Shown here piece after piece: positions 1-9,156 of a DNA stretch of 64,000 nucleotides. A program made the position numbers and the translations under genes. This stretch comes from Candidatus Latescibacterota bacterium. GTDB lineage: Bacteria > Latescibacterota > UBA2968 > UBA8231. Each line of letters opens with the position of its first letter. Position 1 is the stretch's first letter. The notes below the pieces were generated by a model. The model was given only the letters and a program-made list of their open reading frames with translations. It was not told where the DNA came from and did not search any database. Location: NCBI GenBank assembly GCA_965242865.1, contig CBDETK010000013.1, positions 1,696,001 to 1,760,000 on the forward strand, read 5' to 3'.

Positions 1-68
1 GGCTTCGGCAGCACCTCGGTCATTCCGGCGGCCCCTTTCTCCTTTAAGGCGACCCTAGGGTACTCGCT

Positions 69-1346
69 GTGAGTGCCGGCGAACGCCTCAGCCGCGACGC
101 GCTGGCCGCGCAGCAACTCAAGCGGCTGCACGCCCTGCTCCGCTCTGTGTTGGCGACCAACGCATGGTATCGCGGCAAGCTCAACGCGGTCGGGATCACG
201 CGCGCCGAGGACGTCGCTTCCCTCGACGACTTGGCCCGCCTCCCCTTTACCACCCGCGCCGAGCTTTCCGCCGACCAAATCGCGCATCCCCCGTACGGCA
301 CCAACCTCACCTATCCGCCCGAGCGCTACACCCGCATCCACCAAACCTCCGGCACCACCGGCCAGCGTCTGCGCTGGCTCGACACGGCCGCAAGCTGGGC
401 ATGGTGGGGCCGCTGCTGGTCCCAAGTCTATGGCGCGGCCGGCGTCGGCGGGCGCGACCGCATCTTTTTCGCCTTTTCCTTTGGCCCCTTCATCGGCTTC
501 TGGAGCGGGCACCAAGGGGCCAGCCACATCAACGCCCTGATCGTGCCCGGCGGCGGCATGTCTTCGGCCCAGCGCCTAGACGCCATCGTCGAAAACGAGG
601 TCACCGTCCTCGTCTGTACGCCCACTTATGCCTTGCACTTGGGAGAAGTCGCCCGCGACCGCGGCCTCGACCTCGCCGCCAGCAGCGTCCACACCACCAT
701 CCACGCTGGCGAACCGGGCGCGAACCTTCCGGCAACCCGCGCCCAAATCGAGCGCACTTGGGGCGCCCGCTGCTTTGACCACGCCGGGGCCACTGAGGTC
801 GGCGCTTGGGGGTTCGACTGCGGCGAACAGGCCGGCTTGCACCTCAACGAGGGCGAGTTCATCTGCGAGGTCGTGGATCCGCAAAGCGACGCCCCGGCCG
901 ACGAGGGCGAGCTGGTCCTCACCAATCTCGGTCGCACCGGGATGCCGGTCCTCCGCTACCGCACCGGCGACCGCGTCGCGCTCAATCGCGCACCCTGCGC
1001 GTGCGGCCGCACCTTCCTGCGGCTGCAGGGCGGCGTCATTGGCCGCCTCGACGACGCCTTGCTCATCCGCGGCGTGGTCGTCTATCCCAGCGCCATTGAA
1101 AACGTCGTGCGCCAGTTTGCCACGGTCACCGAATTTGCCGTGGACGTCCACCGCCGCCGCGCCCTCGACGAGTTGGAGGTGCGCCTAGAGGTCAATGGCC
1201 GCGCCCACGACACGGCCGACCAAGTGGCACGCGCCCTCGCCCATCGCCTCGGGCTGCGGGCCGCCATCCAAGTCGCCGCGCCCAATACCCTGCCCCGCTT
1301 TGAACTCAAGGCCCGGCGCGTCACCGATCACCGGACCGGCGCGTGA
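69..1346 (+). CDS. Phenylacetate-CoA ligase (PaaK)-like AMP-dependent ligase
   Basis: 425 aa; HQTSGTTG P-loop, HAGEPG, FDHAGATE and YRTGD motifs of the PaaK/ANL family. Confidence 0.9.
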   Translation: MSAGERLSRDALAAQQLKRLHALLRSVLATNAWYRGKLNAVGITRAEDVASLDDLARLPFTTRAELSADQIAHPPYGTNLTYPPERYTRIHQTSGTTGQRLRWLDTAASWAWWGRCWSQVYGAAGVGGRDRIFFAFSFGPFIGFWSGHQGASHINALIVPGGGMSSAQRLDAIVENEVTVLVCTPTYALHLGEVARDRGLDLAASSVHTTIHAGEPGANLPATRAQIERTWGARCFDHAGATEVGAWGFDCGEQAGLHLNEGEFICEVVDPQSDAPADEGELVLTNLGRTGMPVLRYRTGDRVALNRAPCACGRTFLRLQGGVIGRLDDALLIRGVVVYPSAIENVVRQFATVTEFAVDVHRRRALDELEVRLEVNGRAHDTADQVARALAHRLGLRAAIQVAAPNTLPRFELKARRVTDHRTGA

Positions 1347-2578
1347 GCGACGTCATCGTCATCGGTGGGGGGCCGGCCGGCAGTACGGTCGCCGCCCTCG
1401 TGGCCGCAACCGGCCGCCAAGTCCAGCTCTTCGAGCGGGCGCAGTTCCCCCGCTTTGCCATCGGCGAGTCCCTGATGCCCGCAACCTACTGGACCTTCCG
1501 CCGGCTCGGGGTGCTCGACCAACTCAAAGCGAGTGCCTTCCCCCGCAAACACAGCGTGCAGTTTTTCGGCCCGTCGGGTCGCGGCTCAGCCCCCTTTTAC
1601 TTTGCGGATACCAACCCCCACGAAAGCGCGGTCACTTGGCAGGTCTTGCGCGGCCCCTTCGACGCAATGCTCCTCGACAACGCCCGCGCCAAAGGCGTCC
1701 AAGTGCATCAGGGTGCCCGGGTCCTCAATGTGCTGTGGGAAGGGGAGCGCGCCACCGGGGTACGCGCCAAGCTGGCCAATGGCCAAACCCGCGATTTTGC
1801 CGCGCAAGTCGTAGTCGATGCCACCGGCCAGAGCGCGCTAATTGGCCGCAAGCTCAAGCTGACCCAGCCCGAACCCAAGCTGAAAAAGGCTTCGATTTAC
1901 ACCCACTATCGCGGCGGCCAGCGCGACGACGGCATTGACGCCGGCGCGACCTTGATCCTCCACACCGCCAACCGGGACTCTTGGTTTTGGTACATTCCCC
2001 TGTCCGACGATGTGGTCAGCGTCGGCGTGGTCGGCGCGATCTCCTATTTGCTCCAAGGCCGCGCCGCCGACGCGCAAACCATCTTCGACCAAGAGCTGGC
2101 CCAATGCCGCCCCTTGCAAGAGCGACTGCAACGGGCCGAGCCACTTTTTCCGGTCAAAACCACCAAGGACTTTTCCTACCGCGCCCGCCGCATGGCCGGC
2201 GAGGGCTGGGTGCTGGTCGGCGACGCGTTCTGCTTTCTCGACCCGATGTATTCCTCGGGCGTGTACCTAGCCCTCAAATCCGGCGAGATGGCGGCCGACG
2301 CCATTGCCGGGGCCTTTGCCCAAGGCGACTTTTCGGCCGTGCAACTGGGCAGCTTCGGGCCGGAGCTGGTGCGCGGCATGGAGGCGGTGCGCAAAATGGT
2401 GTACGCCTTCTACGCCAAAGACTTCAGCTTCGCCGAATTCCTCAAGCACCATCCCGAATGCAAGCAGGGGGTCATCGACGTCCTCAGCGGCAACCTCTTC
2501 AGCGACCGCGTCGAGCCTATTTTCGGGCCGCTGAGCGCGGTGTGCCCCATGCCCGACCCCATCGCCTTGACGCGGTGA
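1343..2578 (+). CDS. Flavin-dependent halogenase-family oxidoreductase
   Basis: GGGPAG FAD motif, WFWYIP (WxWxIP halogenase motif), FPRK candidate catalytic Lys, LVGDA..FLDP.YSSGV; GTGA overlap with upstream gene. Confidence 0.88.
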   Translation: MSDVIVIGGGPAGSTVAALVAATGRQVQLFERAQFPRFAIGESLMPATYWTFRRLGVLDQLKASAFPRKHSVQFFGPSGRGSAPFYFADTNPHESAVTWQVLRGPFDAMLLDNARAKGVQVHQGARVLNVLWEGERATGVRAKLANGQTRDFAAQVVVDATGQSALIGRKLKLTQPEPKLKKASIYTHYRGGQRDDGIDAGATLILHTANRDSWFWYIPLSDDVVSVGVVGAISYLLQGRAADAQTIFDQELAQCRPLQERLQRAEPLFPVKTTKDFSYRARRMAGEGWVLVGDAFCFLDPMYSSGVYLALKSGEMAADAIAGAFAQGDFSAVQLGSFGPELVRGMEAVRKMVYAFYAKDFSFAEFLKHHPECKQGVIDVLSGNLFSDRVEPIFGPLSAVCPMPDPIALTR

Positions 2579-2645
2579 CGCCGCTTTGCCTTTGTAGAGG
2601 CCGAGCGACGCCCCAACGCAACCACTGCTACCGCTGGAGCGCACC

Positions 2646-2873
2646 ATGAACGCCACCGTCCGCCGGCTCCTCTACTGGGGGCTTTTGGTCCTCTACCTCT
2701 TGCACAACGACCTCTGGCTCTGGGACGATCCGCGCATCGTCTGGGGGCTGCCCATTGGGTTGCTCTACCACATCGGCTTCTGCGGGGCCGCGGCCGGGCT
2801 GATGGTCTTGCTGGTCAACTACGCTTGGCCAGCCGAACTCGACGCGGAAGGCGAGGACCAGCAATCGACATGA
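2646..2873 (+). CDS. DUF3311-like small membrane protein (SSS transporter partner)
   Basis: 75 aa, two hydrophobic segments, HNDLWLW..P...GLP motif, ATGA-coupled to the symporter. Confidence 0.8.
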   Translation: MNATVRRLLYWGLLVLYLLHNDLWLWDDPRIVWGLPIGLLYHIGFCGAAAGLMVLLVNYAWPAELDAEGEDQQST

Positions 2874-4324
2874 CCACGGCCATCATCTTCTGCTATCTAG
2901 GGCTCGTCCTCTGCATCGGCGTCCTCTCCAACCGCTTCTTTCGCGGCACGGGCGAGGACTACTTCGTGGCCAGCCGCTCCATCGGCCCCTTCCTGTTGCT
3001 GATGTCCCTGTTTGGCACCAACATGACCGCGTTTGCCATTTTGGGGGCCTCGGGCGAAGCCTATCACACCGGCATCGGCGTCTTTGCCCTCATGCCTTCG
3101 GGCGCGGCCCTCATTATCCCAGCGGTCTTTTTCTTCATCGGCCCCCGCGTCTGGGCGTTGGGCAAGCGGCACAACCTGCTCACCCAAGTCCAGTACTTCC
3201 GCCGCCGCTGGGACTCCGATGGCTTGGGGCTGCTGCTCTTCGCGGTCATGATCGCGCTGCTGATTCCCTACTTGCTCATCGGCGTCATGGGCGGCGGCAT
3301 CACCCTCGCCCAAGTTACCAAGGGGCAAATTCCCCAATGGGCCGGCGGCCTGCTGATCTGCTTGGTGGTGCTGACGTACGTCAGTTTCGGCGGCATGCGG
3401 AGCACGGCTTGGGCCAATGCCTTCCAAACGCTGGTCTTTATGATTCTCGGCGGCGCGACCTTCTTCGTCATCGTCGAGGAATTGGGCGGGCTAGACCACG
3501 CCCTAGCGCAAGTGGCCACCGCGCACCCCGAGCTGCTGATCAAGGGCGACCGCATCAGCCCGATCAAGCTGCTGACGTACACCTGCATCCCCCTGTCGGT
3601 GGGCATGTTCCCCCACCTGTTTACCCACTGGCTCACCGCCCGGAGCGCCCGCACCTTCCGCTATCCCCTGATGCTGTACCCGCTGTGCATCGCCATCGTC
3701 TGGATTCCGAGCGTCCTCTTGGGCATTTTCGGCCGCATTGACTTTCCCGGCCTCGAGGGCGCGGCCGCCAACTCCGTGCTGGTCAAGCTAATCGACCTCC
3801 ACGCGCCCGGGGCGCTGGCCGGCTTGCTCGCGGCCGGCGTCTTTGCCGCCATTATGTCCTCGCTCGACTCGCAGGTGCTCTCCATCAGCAACATGTTCAC
3901 CCAAGACGTCGTCCGGCACTACCGCCAGGGCGACGAACTGAGCGAAAAGGCCCAAGTCCTGTGGGGCCGCCTCTTTGTGATCGCGATCTTGGCCCTTACC
4001 TACGTGCTCTCGCTGGTCTCGGCCCGCAGCATCTTCTCGCTCGCGGTCTGGTCCTTCACCGGCTTTGCCGCGCTCTTTCCGGTGGTGGTCGCGGCCCTGT
4101 TCTGGAAGCGCAGCACCCAATATGGCGCTTGGGCCTCAGTGCTCACCGTGGCCGCGCTCTGGTCCTATTTCTTTTTTCAGGGGTGGAAAATCCCCGGCTA
4201 CACGGTCGGCATGACCGGGGTCATGCCCGTGGCCGTGATCCTCGCCGCTTCGGCCGCGGCCATGGTCGTCGGCTCGCTGCTGACTAAGCCCCCGGCCAAA
4301 ACCACCATCGATTCCTTTTTCTAA
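2870..4324 (+). CDS. Sodium:solute symporter family protein
   Basis: EDYFVASRS, GGMRSTAW, AAIMSSLDSQ motifs; many TM segments; ATG at 2870 overlaps upstream stop. Confidence 0.92.
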   Translation: MTTAIIFCYLGLVLCIGVLSNRFFRGTGEDYFVASRSIGPFLLLMSLFGTNMTAFAILGASGEAYHTGIGVFALMPSGAALIIPAVFFFIGPRVWALGKRHNLLTQVQYFRRRWDSDGLGLLLFAVMIALLIPYLLIGVMGGGITLAQVTKGQIPQWAGGLLICLVVLTYVSFGGMRSTAWANAFQTLVFMILGGATFFVIVEELGGLDHALAQVATAHPELLIKGDRISPIKLLTYTCIPLSVGMFPHLFTHWLTARSARTFRYPLMLYPLCIAIVWIPSVLLGIFGRIDFPGLEGAAANSVLVKLIDLHAPGALAGLLAAGVFAAIMSSLDSQVLSISNMFTQDVVRHYRQGDELSEKAQVLWGRLFVIAILALTYVLSLVSARSIFSLAVWSFTGFAALFPVVVAALFWKRSTQYGAWASVLTVAALWSYFFFQGWKIPGYTVGMTGVMPVAVILAASAAAMVVGSLLTKPPAKTTIDSFF

Positions 4325-4326
4325 CC

Positions 4327-5610
4327 ATGCGCCTCGCCTATATCACGGCCGGGGCCGCCGGCATGTACTGCGGCAGCTGCATTCACGACAACGCGCTCGC
4401 GGCCGCCTTGGTGCGCCGCAACGTCGATGTGGCCCTCATCCCGACCTATACCCCCCTGCGCACGGACGAGGAAAACGTCTCCCTCGACCGCGTCTTCTAC
4501 GGCGGCGTCAACATCTTCCTGCAACAGCAGTGGTCGTTTTTTCGCCGCACCCACCGCTTGTTCGACCGCGTCCTCGACGCGCCGTTTTTGCTCCGCATCC
4601 TCGCGCGCTTTGGCTCCTCAACCAACGCCCGCGACTTGGGGCCGCTCACGGTCTCGATTCTCGCCGGCGAGGAGGGAAACCAACAAAAGGAACTCACCCG
4701 CCTCGTCGCCTATCTCCAGCGCGACTTCAAGCCCGACCTCATCGAGCTGACCAACGCCCTGTTCGCCGGCATGGCCCGGCAACTGAAAGCGCGCCTCGGC
4801 GTCCCGGTCCTCTGCGCCCTCCAAGGCGAGGACCTCTTCTTGGACGGCCTGCCCGAACCCCACAAGACCCAAGCCCTAAAAATCCTGCGCCAACGCGCCC
4901 AAGACATCGACGCCTTCATCGCGCCGTGTGCGTATTACCAAACGCAGATGGCCGCGTACTTGCAGGTGCCGCGCACCAAAATCCACGTGGTCCCGCTCGG
5001 CCTCAACCTGACCGGCCACCGCCGCGAGCCACCGCCCGCCGATGGCCCGGACACAATCGGCTACCTCGCCCGGATATGCCCGGAAAAGGGCTTTCACCTG
5101 CTCGTTGAAGCCTTCGAGTGCTTAAAAGAGCAGCCCGAATTTGCCGCCCTCCGCCTCGAAGCGGCGGGCTACCTCAGCGCGTACGACAAGCCCTTTTTCG
5201 CCGAGCAAGTGCAAAAGCTCCGCCGCTGGGGGCTCGCCGATTCGTTTGCCTATCACGGCGCGGTCGATCGACGCGAAAAAATCCGCTTCCTCGGCTCGCT
5301 CCAAGTCTTTTCCGTCCCTTCGGTGTACGCCGATCCCAAGGGGCTGCCGGTTCTCGAAGCCTTGGCCAACGGCGTTCCGGTCGTCCAGCCCGACCACGGC
5401 GCATTCCCCGAGCTGATCGCGGCCACCGACGGCGGCCTGCTCGTCGAACCCGATTCCCCGGCGGCCCTCGCCAACGCGCTAGCCGCCTTGCTGCGCGACC
5501 CCAAGCGCCGACGCCAGCTCGGACAAACCGGCCAAGCAGCGGTCCACAATCGCTTCCACGCCGACGCCATGGCCGCGGCGACGCTCGCCGTGTACGAGCG
5601 GTATCTATAG
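4327..5610 (+). CDS. Glycosyltransferase family 4 (GT-B)
   Basis: GYLARICPEKG, PKGLPVLEALANGVPVV; N-terminal MYCGSC motif. Confidence 0.9.
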   Translation: MRLAYITAGAAGMYCGSCIHDNALAAALVRRNVDVALIPTYTPLRTDEENVSLDRVFYGGVNIFLQQQWSFFRRTHRLFDRVLDAPFLLRILARFGSSTNARDLGPLTVSILAGEEGNQQKELTRLVAYLQRDFKPDLIELTNALFAGMARQLKARLGVPVLCALQGEDLFLDGLPEPHKTQALKILRQRAQDIDAFIAPCAYYQTQMAAYLQVPRTKIHVVPLGLNLTGHRREPPPADGPDTIGYLARICPEKGFHLLVEAFECLKEQPEFAALRLEAAGYLSAYDKPFFAEQVQKLRRWGLADSFAYHGAVDRREKIRFLGSLQVFSVPSVYADPKGLPVLEALANGVPVVQPDHGAFPELIAATDGGLLVEPDSPAALANALAALLRDPKRRRQLGQTGQAAVHNRFHADAMAAATLAVYERYL

Positions 5611-5650
5611 AACTTAGGTCTCGTATTTGGACATATTTACGATTCAATAT

Positions 5651-5800
5651 GGGTTGCGGGCGTCCGAGCTGCCGTCGCGATACGAGAATTTCTTTATCTG
5701 CGCCCGGCTGCCGCACGACAAGTACCGGCCCGACAAGGCCAAGCGGCTCTTGGGGTGGGAGGCCAAGGATCGGTTTGAGGCCCTGTACCGGCGGCGGTAG
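5651..5800 (+). pseudogene. C-terminal remnant of an NAD-dependent epimerase/dehydratase-like gene
   Basis: Hand translation GLRASELPSRYENFFICARLPHDKYRPDKAKRLLGWEAKDRFEALYRRR*; KAKRLLGW is a typical extended-SDR C-terminus; no 5' part. Confidence 0.6.
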
Positions 5801-5883
5801 TACGTGCTTGCTATCTGCCCGAACTGAGCGTTATCTTTCTCAGTAGCATTTCATTTTGTTTCCCACCTAAAGAGAGGTTTTTT

Positions 5884-8800
5884 ATGCGATTCTGGAGTAC
5901 GTGCATTTTTTTGGCCCTGTTTTTGGCGTTGCTTGCCGCCCGCGCTCAGGCGCAATCCATGGGGACCATTGTAGGGACTGTCCGCGACGCTGAGGACGGG
6001 ATGATGCTGGATCAAGCCCAAGTCTATATCGCGGCCTTGAACATGGGTGCGCTATGGGGCGAGGACGGCCGCTTCACCATCGCCGATGTCCCCGCGGGTG
6101 AGCACCTGCTCGCGGCCGAATTGATTGGCTACGAGACCGTGACCACCACCGTCTTGGTAATAGCGGGCGAGACCGCGACCGTCGATCTCGAACTGATGGC
6201 CAGTGCGGTCGAATTGGAGGAAGTGGTGGTGACCGGCACCGCCTTTAAGGAATCTCCGATCAGCTTGCCCTACGCGGTCGCCGTGACCGGCCGCGAAAAG
6301 ATGGAAGAGCAAGGTTCCCCACAACTCGTCGATTTCTTCAAGAATTTGGGCGCGAGCCACGGGGTCATCGGCGAGCGGAGCAGCTGGTACAACGCCGGCC
6401 AAGCCGCCACTCTTTCCGAGAGCATCGCCAACGTGAACCTGCGCGGCTTGGGGGCCTCGCGGACCCTCGTGTTGATCAACAGCCGCCGCCAAACCTATGT
6501 CCCGGCGCGCTTGATCGGGGGCCGCTTCGTCGATGTAAACGCCATGCCCTCCATCGCCATGGACCGGGTCGAGGTGCTCAAGGAGGGGGCCTCGGCCATC
6601 TATGGCTCGGATGCCGTGGCCGGCGTGGCCAATTTTTTAACTCGCTCCGACTTTGAGGGCTTTGAGGTCTCGGCGTCCCACGAGCATTTTTCCGGTGCGG
6701 GCGATACCAACACCGGCGCTATATGGGGTGGGAAGCTCGGCAGTGCCCATGCGGTTGTTTCTGCCGAATGGCGGCGGCGTCAGGAGCTGAGGATCACAGA
6801 GCGGTCCTACCTGCTGCAACCGTGGTACGGCGGCGGGCAACGCTTGGGATGGTCGAGCTTGGGCAACCCCGGCACCTTCGCCATTGGTTCGCCTGCCCCA
6901 TGGACCGCCCAAATCCACGCCCCCCGTTGTGATGAGTTTGGCGGCTTCCGGGAATCTTGGACTTGCCGCTTTCGCTATCAGCCGTGGGACAATCTGATCG
7001 AGCGCACGGACTATACCCGGGCCTTTGCTGAGCTCAATGGTTCGCTGAACAGTGGCACCGATTGGCACATTGAGGGGCTGTGGGCCGAGGCCGAGATTCC
7101 CGATTGGTACACGACCCCTTCGTATCCGCCCTTCCCCCTGACCGACACGAGCATCATGCAGGTCGCGCCCGACCACCCGGGCCGACGGGCATTTTGCGCG
7201 GACCACGGGGCTGAGGATGGCGACCTCTACTACGACGCATGCCAAGGCGAGGAGAACTGGTATTTCAACGGTCGCCCCTTTGGCAACTCGGGTCCCGAGC
7301 GCACGCTGGGCCGCACCTCCCGCACTTGGCGCGTGGCCGCTTCGGCCAATGGCGACTTTGCGTCGTTTGGCGGTCGAGATACCCACTTCGACTTGGGGCT
7401 TTCCTATTCCCGCACCGAAGGCAACTACAACCTGCCGGGGGTGTACGTCGAGCGGCTGTTCCTCGGCTTCCGCGGTTTTGGAGGGCCGGATTGCGGCGTG
7501 GGCGTGACGCCCGATAACGACTCCCTCGCGGGGATGCGGCTCGGTGCGCTCAACGGTCAAGTGGCCGGCGAAGGCGACTGCCAGTACTACAACCCCTTTA
7601 GCAATGCCATCGAGTTCTCGCAGCAGCCCGGCTCGGACTTTGAGAACAACGCGAATCCCGACTATCGCCCCGGCTTGGCCAATTCCCCCGAATTGAGGCA
7701 ATGGCTCAATCAGGAGGTCGATCTACTGAGCACCGCGGATATGCTGGTCGCCGATGCAACGCTGACGGGCAGTTGGATTGAGGACGTCGCCAGTTACGCG
7801 GTCGGCTACCAGTTCCGCCTACTCAACGCCAAGGGCGACCCCAACGACGCCGGCGACGTGACCGTCAACCCTTGCCCGGTCATAGGCGATACGGGGTGCG
7901 GAGCAGAGGACCGGTTCGGTCCCTATGCGTTTACCAACGTGCATCTGCCTTATGAAGAATCGCAAACGGTCCACCGCTTCTTTGCCGAGATTCCCCTGAG
8001 CTTGGGGGCGCGCTTTGAGACCCAACTCGCCGCCAACTACGAGTTTCACGATGTGGCGAGCAGTTTTGATCCCAAGTTCGGGTGGCGCTATCAGATCTCG
8101 GAGTCTGCGAACCAATCCTTGTTTGTGCGCGGCTCGGTGCAGACGACGTTTCGCACGCCCTCGCTGGACGATGTGAATGAAAGCCCGCTGACGACGCTCG
8201 AATGGATCAACGAGACGGGCGCCTACCAAGCAGTGGACCGAATCGGGAGCAAGGACCTCAAGCCCGAACAGGCTCTTACCTATAATGCGGGCCTCGTCTT
8301 GATCACAGAGGGGGGCTTTGATGCGACGTTCGACTACTGGCGCTACGATTTCAGCGATGTAATCGGCTCTATGCCGCACGGGGCCATCACGGCCTTATAC
8401 GACGCGAATAAGGCGGCCCTACAGCAATTCATCGTCTGCTCGGACGGGAGAGGCACCGGGACCTGCTCGGCCTCGGAACTCGAGCGAGTGCAAGTTGATA
8501 TCGTCAACTGGCCGGGGGTCAAGACCTCGGGGATTGATTTGCATCTGGGCCAGCGCGCGGCTGTCGGCGACGGAGAATTGTCGCTCAACTTGGACGGTAC
8601 GTACACGTTGGAGTACCGGACCAAGGCCCTGATGTACGGCGACTTGGAGCTTCAGGAGGCGGCCGACGTGGCCGGCTACCTGAACTTTGGCAATCCCATT
8701 GCGACCTCGCTGCCGCGGATAAAGAGCCGAGCATCGGCGGGCTATTACTGGGGAACCTATAGCCTCGTCAGCTACCTGAACTACATTTCGTCGTACGAGG

Positions 8801-9048
8801 ACCGGGGATCGACCGCCTCCGATACGGAAGAAATCAAGGAATTGTTCGGCACCATTGACGCATCCCTCACCTGGGATATGACCTTCTTGTGGAACGTGTC
8901 CAAAGGCGTCAAGCTCGTGCTCTCCGGGGTGAACCTGCTCAATAGTAAGCCGCCGCTGGCAAACATTGAGCAAGGGTACGATGGCTTTGTACACGACCCC
9001 AAAGGCCGGCGGTTGAAGCTCGCGGTCTCCTATGGTTTTGGCGGGTGA
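5884..9048 (+). CDS. TonB-dependent receptor with N-terminal carboxypeptidase-regulatory-like domain
   Basis: Signal peptide, LEEVVVTG, NLRGLGASRTLVLIN, RVEVLKEGASAIYGSDAVAGV plug motifs, C-terminal GRRLKLAVSYGF. Confidence 0.95.
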   Translation: MRFWSTCIFLALFLALLAARAQAQSMGTIVGTVRDAEDGMMLDQAQVYIAALNMGALWGEDGRFTIADVPAGEHLLAAELIGYETVTTTVLVIAGETATVDLELMASAVELEEVVVTGTAFKESPISLPYAVAVTGREKMEEQGSPQLVDFFKNLGASHGVIGERSSWYNAGQAATLSESIANVNLRGLGASRTLVLINSRRQTYVPARLIGGRFVDVNAMPSIAMDRVEVLKEGASAIYGSDAVAGVANFLTRSDFEGFEVSASHEHFSGAGDTNTGAIWGGKLGSAHAVVSAEWRRRQELRITERSYLLQPWYGGGQRLGWSSLGNPGTFAIGSPAPWTAQIHAPRCDEFGGFRESWTCRFRYQPWDNLIERTDYTRAFAELNGSLNSGTDWHIEGLWAEAEIPDWYTTPSYPPFPLTDTSIMQVAPDHPGRRAFCADHGAEDGDLYYDACQGEENWYFNGRPFGNSGPERTLGRTSRTWRVAASANGDFASFGGRDTHFDLGLSYSRTEGNYNLPGVYVERLFLGFRGFGGPDCGVGVTPDNDSLAGMRLGALNGQVAGEGDCQYYNPFSNAIEFSQQPGSDFENNANPDYRPGLANSPELRQWLNQEVDLLSTADMLVADATLTGSWIEDVASYAVGYQFRLLNAKGDPNDAGDVTVNPCPVIGDTGCGAEDRFGPYAFTNVHLPYEESQTVHRFFAEIPLSLGARFETQLAANYEFHDVASSFDPKFGWRYQISESANQSLFVRGSVQTTFRTPSLDDVNESPLTTLEWINETGAYQAVDRIGSKDLKPEQALTYNAGLVLITEGGFDATFDYWRYDFSDVIGSMPHGAITALYDANKAALQQFIVCSDGRGTGTCSASELERVQVDIVNWPGVKTSGIDLHLGQRAAVGDGELSLNLDGTYTLEYRTKALMYGDLELQEAADVAGYLNFGNPIATSLPRIKSRASAGYYWGTYSLVSYLNYISSYEDRGSTASDTEEIKELFGTIDASLTWDMTFLWNVSKGVKLVLSGVNLLNSKPPLANIEQGYDGFVHDPKGRRLKLAVSYGFGG

Positions 9049-9156
9049 CGCCCGGCGGTAATAGGCACGTAAAAAACGCAACGTGGCCGACCAAATTGGC
9101 CCTGTTCGCTGAACCGGCTTGAGGTGCTGGGGGGGCGGCTGACGACTTGGGTCTGT

